Position numbers and translations under genes: made by a program
Notes under the pieces: model-generated
Databases searched by the model: none
What the model was told of the DNA's origin: nothing
What the model saw: only the letters and a program-made list of their open reading frames with translations
Part shown: one piece after another, positions 1-9,653 of the stretch
Position numbering within the stretch: the first letter of the stretch is position 1
How the letters are laid out: every line of letters starts with the position of its first letter
Source: a bacterium
Lineage (GTDB): Bacteria; UBA8248; JACPRG01; G963555815
Length of the DNA stretch: 64,000 nucleotides
Reading direction: 5' to 3'
Assembly (NCBI GenBank): GCA_965218795.1
Contig: OZ244653.1
Location: 928,001 to 992,000 of the forward strand

Positions 1-285
1 GCATTTGCGCCCAAGGTGGACCGCATCCAGTACGGCCGCAAGAATATCGGCTTCTTCCTTCTCAGCTCCACGTTGAATTGCATGGCCCACGTCGCCTACT
101 ACAGCGCGCTGCAACGCGCGCCGATTTCCAGCGTCGCGCCCATTGCCTACACGACGCCGCTCTGGGCCCTGATCCTCTCCTGGCTGCTTTTCAGGGACCT
201 GGAGCGCTTGAGCGGGCGGCTGGTCCTGGGGGCCATCCTGGTTGTCCTCGGGGCAGCGTTCGTGACGCTCTCACGGCCCGGATAA
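1..285 (+). CDS. EamA/DMT family transporter, C-terminal part (5' end outside window)
   Basis: Hydrophobic helices with EamA-like 'ALQRAPISSVAPIAYTTPLWALILSWLLFRD..ERL' motif; stop at 283-285. Confidence 0.8.
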   Translation, partial: AFAPKVDRIQYGRKNIGFFLLSSTLNCMAHVAYYSALQRAPISSVAPIAYTTPLWALILSWLLFRDLERLSGRLVLGAILVVLGAAFVTLSRPG

Positions 286-400
286 TCGGATACGGATGGC
301 GTGCCGGCCCGCTTGCCTGCTTCTCCATCGATCTCTATATTAGGCAGGTTTTGAGTCGAAACCGAGATTCCAATTTTCCAGGAAACATTCGAGACTCCCG

Positions 401-2506
401 TTGAGTGGATCGGCGAAAAACGGCTATCGCTACCGCCTCGGAGTGGACATCGGCGGGACTTTCACGGACGTGGTCCTGCTCGATCTGGAAGAGCGCGCCA
501 ATTACGTCGGGAAGGTCCTGACCACCCCCGAATCACCGGCGGATGCGGTCATCGAAGGGCTCAAGAAGATACTCTCCGAGCATGGCGTCTCCCCTTCCGC
601 CATCGATAGCCCCATTCACGGCACGACCCTCGTGACCAATGCCATCATCGAGCGCAAGGGCGCCAAGACTGCGCTCATTACAACCAAAGGCTTCCGCGAT
701 TCGGTTGAAATCGGTACGGAGAGGCGATACGACCTGTTCGATATCTTCATGGAAAAACCCGCGCCGCTCGCGCCTCGGGCCCTTCGCCTGGAGGTCGCCG
801 AGCGGCTGGATCCCGAAGGCAACGTTCTGACGCCGCTCGACGAAAATGAGGCGCGCCAGGCCCTCGAGAAACTGGCCGACATGGGAGTCGAGGCGGTCGC
901 CGTTACCCTCTTGCATTCCTTCCTGAACCCGGTCCACGAGAGGCGGATGGAAGCGCTGCTCCGCGAGCAGGCGCCCGACATCGTAACGTCCATCTCCTCC
1001 GAGGTGACGCCGGAGATCCGGGAATTCCACCGGAGCTCAACGACCTTGGCGAACGCCTACGTACGGCCGATCATGCGGACGTATCTCGACCTGCTCTCCC
1101 GGCGCATTCTGGAAGAGGGCGTCGAACGGGATATGTACATCATGCTTTCCAACGGCGGAATCGCCACCGTGGATACGGCCAAGTCCTTCCCCATCCGCCT
1201 CATAGAATCGGGACCGGCGGCGGGCGCCATGGCGGCAGCCTATTACGGGCGGCAACTCGACATCCGGAACCTGATTTCTTTTGACATGGGCGGCACGACG
1301 GCCAAGACCTGTTTTGTCGAGGACGCGCGGCCCGCCACGGTGACGGAATTCGAAGTGGCCCGCGTCTATCAATTCAGAAAAGGCAGCGGGTTGCCGGTCA
1401 AGGTACCGGTGATCGACATGATTGAAATCGGCGCGGGAGGCGGAAGTATCGCCAGGGTCGACGAGATCGGCTTGTTGAAAGTCGGACCGGAAAGCTCGGG
1501 GGCCGACCCCGGCCCCGCCTGCTATGGCCGGGGCGGCAAGCAGCCCACGGTCACCGACGCCGACCTCCTCCTGGGTTATCTCAATCCGGAATTTTTCCTG
1601 GGCGGGGAGATGGATCTGGATCTGGACGCCGCCAATGTCTCGGTGGACCGCCTCGCCAAGACGCTGAACCTGGAACGAATCCAGACGGCCTGGGGGATCC
1701 ACGAGGTGGTCAATGAAAACATGGCCAACGCCGCCCGGATTCACGGTATCGAGAAGGGAAAAGACGTTCAGCGGTACGCGCTGATGGCCTTCGGGGGCGC
1801 GGGACCCATCCACGCGGCCCACGTCGCGGAAAAGCTTCGCATCGAGACGCTCATCGCCCCTGCCGGCGCGGGTACGTTATCGGCGTTCGGGATGCTGACG
1901 GCCCCTATCTCCTTTGATTTCGTCCGCACGAAGATCATGAAGCTCGACGACCTCGACCCCGACGTCCTGAATGCAATTTATGACGAACTGGAGGCCGAGG
2001 GCCGGGCCGTGCTGGACCGCTCGGGGGTGCCTGAGGATCGAATGACGTTCCGCCGGACGGCCGATATGCGCTACGAGGGGCAGGGGCATGAAATCATGGT
2101 CCCCTTGCGGTCCGGTGAAATGTCCGCCGAGACCGAGGAGGAGATCCGAAAAAGTTTTGAGGACGCCTACCGGGCGATTTACCAACGACTTGGGCCGAAC
2201 GTGCCCGTGGAGGCTCTGAACTGGCGACTCGTGGCTTCCGGGGAAACACCCGACCTGGACCTCCGGCCGACGGAGGCCGCCTCTCTCGCCGTTGAAGAGG
2301 CGAAGAAACCCTCCCGGTTGGTATACTTCCCGAGCTGGAAAGAGATGCGGGTGTGCGACATCTACGATCGCGCGCGTCTGACACCCGGCGCGGCCATTAC
2401 AGGCCCGGCCGTGGTCGAGGAATCCGAATCCACTGTGGTGGTCCCGCCCGGTTGGGACGCGCACGTGGATGAGTTCTGCAACTTGGCCCTTCAGAGGAAA
2501 GCATGA
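401..2506 (+). CDS. Hydantoinase/oxoprolinase family, subunit A (ATP-dependent, N-methylhydantoinase A-like)
   Basis: GVDIGGTFTD, HGTT, SGPAAG, DMGGTT and GAGGGSIA motifs. Confidence 0.93.
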   Translation: MSGSAKNGYRYRLGVDIGGTFTDVVLLDLEERANYVGKVLTTPESPADAVIEGLKKILSEHGVSPSAIDSPIHGTTLVTNAIIERKGAKTALITTKGFRDSVEIGTERRYDLFDIFMEKPAPLAPRALRLEVAERLDPEGNVLTPLDENEARQALEKLADMGVEAVAVTLLHSFLNPVHERRMEALLREQAPDIVTSISSEVTPEIREFHRSSTTLANAYVRPIMRTYLDLLSRRILEEGVERDMYIMLSNGGIATVDTAKSFPIRLIESGPAAGAMAAAYYGRQLDIRNLISFDMGGTTAKTCFVEDARPATVTEFEVARVYQFRKGSGLPVKVPVIDMIEIGAGGGSIARVDEIGLLKVGPESSGADPGPACYGRGGKQPTVTDADLLLGYLNPEFFLGGEMDLDLDAANVSVDRLAKTLNLERIQTAWGIHEVVNENMANAARIHGIEKGKDVQRYALMAFGGAGPIHAAHVAEKLRIETLIAPAGAGTLSAFGMLTAPISFDFVRTKIMKLDDLDPDVLNAIYDELEAEGRAVLDRSGVPEDRMTFRRTADMRYEGQGHEIMVPLRSGEMSAETEEEIRKSFEDAYRAIYQRLGPNVPVEALNWRLVASGETPDLDLRPTEAASLAVEEAKKPSRLVYFPSWKEMRVCDIYDRARLTPGAAITGPAVVEESESTVVVPPGWDAHVDEFCNLALQRKA

Positions 2507-4206
2507 GCGGAGTCACGGCCGAGACCGATCCTATTCGCTTGGAGGTCATCTGGAATCGGCTCATATCGATTGTGGATGAGCAGGCGGTCACGCTGATGAA
2601 CGCCTCTTTCACGACGGTGGTCCGGGAGGCGGGCGATCTGTCGGCCGGACTGTTCGACACCAAGGGCCGGATGCTGGCCCAGGCCGCTACGGGAACGCCC
2701 GGGCACATCAATTCCATGGCCACTGCGGCCAAGCACTTCCTGAAGCACTTTCCCCTGGAGAGCTATCAGCCCGGAGACCACGTCATCACGAACGACGCCT
2801 GGATGGTCTCCGGCCACGTGAACGACGTTACGATTTTTACGCCGGTGTTCTTCAAGAACATACCGGTCGCCTTCTTCGCCTCCACGTGCCACACCTGCGA
2901 CTTCGGCGGCCGCCCGCTGGGGGCCGAAGCCCGCGACGTCTACGAAGAAGGGCTCGCCATCCCCATCATGAAGTACATCGAGGCGGGAGAGCCCAACCAT
3001 ATCCTGGAGACCATGATCCGCGCGAACGTCCGCATGCCCGACGAGGTGATCGGCGACATCTACGCGCAGATCTCGGCCAATGAGGTCGGCGGCCTGAAGT
3101 TGACGCAGTTCATGGACGAGGCGAGCATCGACTCCATCGACGAAATCGGCGAAATCATCCTGGAGCGTTCCGAGACCGCAATGCGCAATGCCATCCGAGA
3201 GATCCCGGACGGGGAATACACGGGCGTGGCCAACGCCGACGGATTCGACGATCCCATACGAATGCCCATCAAGCTCATCGTCAAGGACGGCGGCGTTCAT
3301 TGCGACTTCGCGGGGACATCCCCCCAGAGCCCCTGGGGGATCAACGTCGTCGAGAACTACACGTATGCCTATTGCGCCTATACAGTGAAGTGCGCCGTGG
3401 GAGCGTCAATCCCGAATAATGAGGGGAGCTTTCAGCCCATCACGATGGACGTCCCCGAGGGGTGCATCCTCAACCCGAAGCATCCGGCCCCCGTGGGCGC
3501 CCGCCATATTCTGGGTCACTTCGTGGCCGCGGCGGTCTTTGACGCCCTGGCCAAGGCGATTCCGGCCAAGGTGCTGGCCGAGGGTTCGACGGGGCTGTGG
3601 CTCACCCAACTCGCCGGAACGGATCGGAAGGGCAAGACCTTCAGCTATATCTTTTTCTCATCGGGAGGCATGGGCGCCCGGCCCACGTCGGACGGCCTCT
3701 CGGCCACGGCGTTTCCCAGCGGCGTGCAGGGAACACCCGTGGAAATCATGGAGAACGTCCTGCCCATCCTGATCACCAGAAAAGAGCTGAGGAACGACAC
3801 GGGCGGCCCGGGGAAATTCCGGGGCGGATTGGGACAGGCCATCGGGCTCAAGCCGATGACCGCCAAGCCGATCCACCACTCGCCCATGTACGATCGGTTC
3901 CACCACCAGGCCAAGGGAGCGGCCGGCGGAATGGACGGCGCGCTGGGCGGTCTCGTCCTCTCGACGGGCGACCATCTGCACTCGAAAAAGAAGTACGAAT
4001 TGTATCCCGAGCAGGAGGCCACGCTGAACCTGCCGGGCGGCGGCGGATTCTATCCCCCGGCCGAGCGTGACCCGGAATTGGTGCGCGAGGACGTTCTCAA
4101 CGATTACGTGACCCGCGAATCCGCGGAGCGATATTACGGCGTGGTATTGAACGACGATCTATCGATCAATCAGGAAGCCACGCAGAAAAAACGCGGTGAG
4201 AAATAG
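2503..4206 (+). CDS. Hydantoinase B/oxoprolinase family subunit
   Basis: 4-bp ATGA overlap with subunit A; NDAW..SGH.ND, H..D.GG, EEGL.IP and GGPGKFRGG motifs. Confidence 0.93.
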   Translation: MSGVTAETDPIRLEVIWNRLISIVDEQAVTLMNASFTTVVREAGDLSAGLFDTKGRMLAQAATGTPGHINSMATAAKHFLKHFPLESYQPGDHVITNDAWMVSGHVNDVTIFTPVFFKNIPVAFFASTCHTCDFGGRPLGAEARDVYEEGLAIPIMKYIEAGEPNHILETMIRANVRMPDEVIGDIYAQISANEVGGLKLTQFMDEASIDSIDEIGEIILERSETAMRNAIREIPDGEYTGVANADGFDDPIRMPIKLIVKDGGVHCDFAGTSPQSPWGINVVENYTYAYCAYTVKCAVGASIPNNEGSFQPITMDVPEGCILNPKHPAPVGARHILGHFVAAAVFDALAKAIPAKVLAEGSTGLWLTQLAGTDRKGKTFSYIFFSSGGMGARPTSDGLSATAFPSGVQGTPVEIMENVLPILITRKELRNDTGGPGKFRGGLGQAIGLKPMTAKPIHHSPMYDRFHHQAKGAAGGMDGALGGLVLSTGDHLHSKKKYELYPEQEATLNLPGGGGFYPPAERDPELVREDVLNDYVTRESAERYYGVVLNDDLSINQEATQKKRGEK

Positions 4207-4447
4207 CCGTCTCCATCCCCCCTTCCCTCTTCGCTTTCCTCATACCTTCATCTGCGCCTGCCATTCAGAACGGGGGCCGCAAGAAGTTGACGGACATGTG
4301 GGGCAAGGCGCTGCGGTCGCTGTACCGTGGGGCGCGGGATTCAGGATCGATCACGGAACGAAACACCACTCAGGCGGTTCTCATCGCGAAGGTTCACCTT
4401 CTCGCCGATCAGACCCTTCCCACTCCCAAGACATTCACCACGGCCTC

Positions 4448-5827
4448 TTAACACCAGTCCGGGAGGAACTTGCTCAAGTCGATCCCTTCCTCTCCCGGGA
4501 CGCGTACTTCGTCCGGATAGCCTTCCTTCCGCGTGGCGTCGATGCCCGTCTTGGTGACAAGGTGAGAGCCCGCGGCGGGGTCGTAAGAGGTCGTGTCCAA
4601 CGGTGATCCTTTCGCATAGGTTGCCATGAAGATGTCCCGGTCCGCCCTCACGCGCGTGGCGATGGCGTGCATGACGTCGCTGTCGTCGGTGATGTCCACG
4701 TCGTCGTCCACGACAACCACGAACTTCAGGAACGGGTCTGCAATGAATGCGGCCATGGCCGCATTCTTGGCCTCCCCTTCGATCATCTTCTCGATCGCCA
4801 CGTAGCAGACGAATCGGCACCTTCCGGACGGCGGCATATGGACGGTCCGGGCGGTCGGGCAAGCGGTCTTTACGGTCTTCAGAATGAACGTCGAGCGCGT
4901 CACGCCCGCCATGAGCAGGTGGTCCGGGTGGGCGGGGAACGCGTCCTCGTAGAGCGGATCCTTCCGCATCGTCATGCATTTCACCTTCACGACCGGACTC
5001 ATGCGCTCCGGCCCATACGTTCCCGGGAACTCTCCGAACGGGGCCTCCCGCTCCCGGATATGGGGCAGGATCTCCCCCTCCAGGATGATCTCCGACCTTG
5101 CCGGAACGTCCAGCGGGAGAGTCTCGCACGGAACCAGCTCCAACGGCTCCCGAAGGATGCCGCCGGCCACGTGAAACTCGTCCGTGTCGTGCGGCGTGAA
5201 GCTCATGCATCCGAGGAACATCCCCGGATGGTGACCGATGACGACGGCGATGGGAGCCGGCAGTCCCCGATCTTCGTAGTACCGGCAGATGGGAAAGGCA
5301 TGGGAGGTCTGTGAGACGAGGATGCCGAGGCGGTCTCTCCCCTGCTTCATGAGCCGGTAGATCCCGACATTGTTGATCCCGGATTCGGGGTCTCGCGTGA
5401 CGCCAAGACCGGCCGTGATGTAAGGTCCGGCATCCTGTTCGTGGTACGTGGGGATGGGCAGCAACCCCAGGTCCACGTCTTCGTCGCGGAGGATGACCTC
5501 CTTGACCGGACCGGTCTTCACCTTCTTCGGCTCGATGGGTTCGCTTTCCCTCTCCCCGTAGACCCTCAACAGTTCGCTCAGATCGCCTTCCTTCACGCCC
5601 AGTGCGAGTTTCAGCCGGGTCAGATTCCCGTGGATATTGGCGGCGAGGGGGATCCCGGACCCTTTGATGCTTTCGAAGATCACCGCGGCATCCCGCCCCG
5701 CTTTTTCCAATCGCCCCCGGATCCCGGCCAGCTCGAATACCGGGTCGACAGGCTCTCGGATGCGGAGGACTTCCTGCGGGTATCGCTCTTCCAGAAACTT
5801 GATGAATTCGCGGAGGTCCTTGGGCAT
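4448..5827 (-). CDS. UbiD family prFMN-dependent decarboxylase (HmfF/2,5-furandicarboxylate decarboxylase-like)
   Basis: HEQDAGPYIT, NVGIYR, EAPFGEF, VVVVDDDVD and GIDAT motifs; divergent from an hmfDEABC-like cluster. Confidence 0.9.
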   Translation of the reverse strand: MPKDLREFIKFLEERYPQEVLRIREPVDPVFELAGIRGRLEKAGRDAAVIFESIKGSGIPLAANIHGNLTRLKLALGVKEGDLSELLRVYGERESEPIEPKKVKTGPVKEVILRDEDVDLGLLPIPTYHEQDAGPYITAGLGVTRDPESGINNVGIYRLMKQGRDRLGILVSQTSHAFPICRYYEDRGLPAPIAVVIGHHPGMFLGCMSFTPHDTDEFHVAGGILREPLELVPCETLPLDVPARSEIILEGEILPHIREREAPFGEFPGTYGPERMSPVVKVKCMTMRKDPLYEDAFPAHPDHLLMAGVTRSTFILKTVKTACPTARTVHMPPSGRCRFVCYVAIEKMIEGEAKNAAMAAFIADPFLKFVVVVDDDVDITDDSDVMHAIATRVRADRDIFMATYAKGSPLDTTSYDPAAGSHLVTKTGIDATRKEGYPDEVRVPGEEGIDLSKFLPDWC

Positions 5828-5848
5828 CTTTCGGTTACTCTTTCGGGA

Positions 5849-6706
5849 CTATCGCGCCGGTTTTTCGGTGATATCGAGGATCCGCGAGGCGTTGCCGCCG
5901 AGAATCTTTCGGACTGTCTCGTCCTTCAACCCCAAATTTCGGATGGTCTCGATGTTCTGGGCCATGGTCTTCGGAATGGCCGGCCAATCCGAGCCGAAGA
6001 TGAACTTGTCCGGAAGGCGCTCCAGTTCGGGGAACAGCTTGAGGAGATTCTTCAGGGCGATTCCGCAGATGTCGATGTGCATATTCTCGTGCAGCCGGCA
6101 AAGCGTGAACGCCCGGTCGTACCAGAAAGTCCGGCCGCCGTGGCACTGGAGGATCGTCAGGTCGGGGAAATCCACCGCCAGGTCGTCCAGGTGGAGCGGG
6201 TCGCCGTATTTCAGCCGGGGCCCTGCGAGGATGGAGGTGCCGGTATGAAACATGACGGGAATGCCCAGACCTTCCGCCACGGAATAGACGGGATAGAGCA
6301 TCCGGTCGTTCGGATAGAAATACTGGTAATTGGGATACAGCTTGAGGCCTCTGAGACCCCCCTTCTCCGCCAGGTCGCGGACAATCCTGGCGGGACGGTG
6401 GTCCAGATAAGGGTTGACCGAGCCGAATGGAATGAGCCGGTCCGAGGCGGAGCAATACTCGATGATCCGCTCGTTGGTCGCCATGCCCGCCGAGATGGGC
6501 GAGGTTTCCGCAAGCACCACGGCATAATCGACGCCATTCTCATCCAGGACACCGAGAAAACCTTCGGGAGAACCGTATCGCTCGAGTAACCGCTCATAGG
6601 GCATGTTGGTCATCTGAACCATGAGGTCCTGATAGACTTGGTTTATATCCGAATACTTGATGATGTGGACGTGGAAATCGATGATCAGCTCGTTTGTATC
6701 GGACAT
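5849..6706 (-). CDS. Amidohydrolase_2 family metal-dependent hydrolase
   Basis: IDFHVH, GLKLYP, FHTG, HGG and FGSDWP motifs. Confidence 0.88.
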   Translation of the reverse strand: MSDTNELIIDFHVHIIKYSDINQVYQDLMVQMTNMPYERLLERYGSPEGFLGVLDENGVDYAVVLAETSPISAGMATNERIIEYCSASDRLIPFGSVNPYLDHRPARIVRDLAEKGGLRGLKLYPNYQYFYPNDRMLYPVYSVAEGLGIPVMFHTGTSILAGPRLKYGDPLHLDDLAVDFPDLTILQCHGGRTFWYDRAFTLCRLHENMHIDICGIALKNLLKLFPELERLPDKFIFGSDWPAIPKTMAQNIETIRNLGLKDETVRKILGGNASRILDITEKPAR

Positions 6707-6930
6707 GAACGTGAAGGCCCCAAAAACGTTGTACGCGGCGAATCAATATTCGAACCAGACAGGCGGACCCTAGCAACTCCAGCCAGCAGGTGTCAACGGA
6801 CCGCAATCCTGTCCGGGCTACTCGACACGGGTTTGGTCCAGGTCGTCGGCTTTGATAACATCCCCATCGAGCTTTGTCCGGCCCAGCCCCCAGAGACTTC
6901 AAATCATGATCCATCCTTTGTGATCCGACC

Positions 6931-8478
6931 ATGGACCTGATCCAAAGACTCGAGCTTTCGGTTCTGCGGCACCCGGACAACGAATTTCTGGTGGACGGGC
7001 GGATCCACCTGACATTCGCAGAATGGGAGAAACGCGTCAACCGCGCGGCCCGGGCTTATCGCTCCCTCGGCGTCGGGCGCGGAGACCACGTCGTCCTGGC
7101 CCTGCGAAACCGCGAGGAGCTCATCACGTCCTGGTACGGCCTGATGAAGCTCGGCGCCATCGCCACCCCCGTCAACCACCGGTTCAGCCCGGGAGAGATC
7201 GCCTACGTCGCCGGCGATGCCGGCGCCAAGGTCTTCGTGTATGAGCATGCCTCCCGGCAATCGGTCGGGAGCGCATCGGGAGATCTCCCCAAAGGTTGCC
7301 GGAAGGTCTACTGCGACGAGGACATTCCAGGAGGATGCGATCCTTTTTCGGGCCTCATGGAGTCCCAGGAAGAGGGCTGGATCGGAGAAACGCCGGCCGA
7401 AGACCTGCCCTGCCTGATGTTGTACACCTCCGGGACGACCGGCCGCCCGAAAGGGGTCCCCCGCCTCCAGCGGGCGCAGGATGCGAGCGCCTTGGCCCAT
7501 GCCATCCAATGCGGCTATCCCCCCGGCGACCGGACCTTGGGCGTGATGCCGCTCTATCACGTCATGGGCGTCGTTTCGCTGATGACCACGGTCATGCTCA
7601 ACGGCGCCTTCATCGTCATGCCCGCGTTTGAGGCCGAAGCGGCAGTTGAGCTGATGGAAAGAGAACGGCTTACGTCCCTGTATCTCATTCCCACTCTCTT
7701 TCACGAACTCCTGAGGGCCGGAAACATCGACGATCTCGACCTTTCCAGCGTCCGCCGCCTGGCCTTTGCGGGAGCGCCGATGACCCGGTCCCTGGTCGAA
7801 GACCTGGTCGAGCGCTTCAACCCTGAAATCTTCACGAATCACTACGGAAGCACCGAGATCTATACCTTCTCGATCAACCAAAACCTCAGGGGAAAGCCAT
7901 CCTCCGCGGGAAGGCCCGGAATCGGCTCGGAACTGCGGCTTGTGCGCGCGGACCCGGAGGAGCGCGTCTCACCGGATGAAGTTGTTCCCCGTGGCAAGGT
8001 CGGCGAGATCATTGCCGCCCTCAGGAGCGAGGAAGCCTTCGGAGGATATTGGCGGCGGCCCGACGCGGACGAGAAGGCGCTCCGGGAAGGATGGTACTTC
8101 ACAGGCGACATGGGCTATGAGGACCCGGACGGAGACATTTTCGTTACGGGGCGCGTCGATGACATGATTATCTCCGGCGGGGAGAATATCTACCCGACCG
8201 AGGTGGAAGACGTGCTCGCCCGGCACCCGGATGTCGTGGAATCAGCGGTGATCGGCGTCGAGGATCCAAAATGGGGACAGGTGGTGACGGCCTTCGTCGT
8301 TCCGGCAGGGGGCGGCCTCACGACCCGAGACATCGACGAGCACTGCAAGGCCCAATCCGATTTTTCCGATTTTAAGCGGCCGAGGGAGATCGTATTCATC
8401 AAGAAGGTTCCCCGGACGGCCTCCGGGAAAATCCTTCGCCGAATCCTGCGGGCCGGCGAGTATGAGGAGTACTCGTAA
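6931..8478 (+). CDS. AMP-binding acyl-CoA ligase, 2-furoate-CoA ligase (HmfD)-like
   Basis: YTSGTTGRPKGVPR, RTLGVMPLYH, NHYGSTEIYTF and GRVDDMIISGGEN; recalled similarity to HmfD. Confidence 0.88.
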   Translation: MDLIQRLELSVLRHPDNEFLVDGRIHLTFAEWEKRVNRAARAYRSLGVGRGDHVVLALRNREELITSWYGLMKLGAIATPVNHRFSPGEIAYVAGDAGAKVFVYEHASRQSVGSASGDLPKGCRKVYCDEDIPGGCDPFSGLMESQEEGWIGETPAEDLPCLMLYTSGTTGRPKGVPRLQRAQDASALAHAIQCGYPPGDRTLGVMPLYHVMGVVSLMTTVMLNGAFIVMPAFEAEAAVELMERERLTSLYLIPTLFHELLRAGNIDDLDLSSVRRLAFAGAPMTRSLVEDLVERFNPEIFTNHYGSTEIYTFSINQNLRGKPSSAGRPGIGSELRLVRADPEERVSPDEVVPRGKVGEIIAALRSEEAFGGYWRRPDADEKALREGWYFTGDMGYEDPDGDIFVTGRVDDMIISGGENIYPTEVEDVLARHPDVVESAVIGVEDPKWGQVVTAFVVPAGGGLTTRDIDEHCKAQSDFSDFKRPREIVFIKKVPRTASGKILRRILRAGEYEEYS

Positions 8479-8631
8479 GATCGACCGGCAGAAAGCGCCG
8501 GGCTGGCGATATGGCGCTCACTGAGGAATCCGTTCAGGCCGTTCCGCCGCCGAGATGGCACGAGTCGGTTCCTCACGGTGTTCGAGAGGACAGAATCATA
8601 GAAGTTGCCGGAAACCGGACGGAGACGTTGA

Positions 8632-9405
8632 ATGGGACAAATCAGAGTGGAGCGCACCCACGAAGGAAAGGCCGCCACGGTCATCATCGATCGCGTGGAC
8701 AAGATGAACGCCCTGTCTGTCGCCATGCGCGCCGCCTATGGCGTCGCCATCCACGAGTTGGGGGAGGATCAGGAGGTCCGCGTGATCGTCGTTCAAGGCG
8801 CGGGCGAGAAGGCCTTCTCCGCGGGCGGCGACGTTGCCCAGTTTCTCGACCTGGAGCCCCACGAATTGGTGGATTGGGGGAAGGAGATGGAGAACGCGGA
8901 GGCCTGTCCGAAGCCGGTGGTCGCTGCGATTGACGGGTTTTGCCTCGGAGCCGGATTCGAACTCGCCCTGGCCTGCGATATCCGAATTGCGACGGTGCAG
9001 TCCCAGTTCGGGCTCCCGGAAGTCCGCCTGGGCATGATGCCCGGGAGCGGAGGAAGCCAGCGGCTGATGCGTCTCATCGGAATCGGCCGGACCAAGCATT
9101 GGCTGCTCACCGGAAGGCGGATGAGCGCTTCGGAAGCCGAGCGGTTCGGTGTGGTCACACAGGTCGTTCCTGACAAGGAAGGGTTGGAGAGTGCGATCGA
9201 AGAGCTCAAGCAGGAGTTCCTCAAACTGTCCCCCCTGTCGCTTCGCGTCCTCAAGCGGACCCTCCATGAGGGCGCGAACGTTCCATTGGAAACCGCCCTG
9301 GAGCTGGAACGAAAGGCTTACGCCTATCTGCGCTCAACACGTGACTATGAGGAGGGCGTCAAATCCTTCATCGAAAAGCGGCCGCCCAAATACGAGGGTC
9401 GGTGA
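8632..9405 (+). CDS. Enoyl-CoA hydratase/crotonase family, 2-oxoglutaroyl-CoA hydrolase (HmfE)-like
   Basis: FSAGGD, GAGFELALACD and PEVRLGMMPGSGGSQRL; gene context. Confidence 0.85.
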   Translation: MGQIRVERTHEGKAATVIIDRVDKMNALSVAMRAAYGVAIHELGEDQEVRVIVVQGAGEKAFSAGGDVAQFLDLEPHELVDWGKEMENAEACPKPVVAAIDGFCLGAGFELALACDIRIATVQSQFGLPEVRLGMMPGSGGSQRLMRLIGIGRTKHWLLTGRRMSASEAERFGVVTQVVPDKEGLESAIEELKQEFLKLSPLSLRVLKRTLHEGANVPLETALELERKAYAYLRSTRDYEEGVKSFIEKRPPKYEGR

Positions 9406-9653
9406 ACCCTTGTGGTTCGTCTAAGCGGCCATTTTCTCATTGAAAACGGGACATGCAGTGTCACCCCGCTTCCCGGCGAGACTTTCATCGTAGGAATGAT
9501 TCCGATCAGGGTCTGGAAATTGGTTTCTCCTGGAATATCTGTTAACGTAATGCGCTAATCGAAGATGACTGAACCCTTTGGATGAAGGGCCCCGGCCTTT
9601 CCCTTTTCGCTTGCCCGAAAACGCCCACGCCCAGGGACGTCCAGGAGGCCGGC

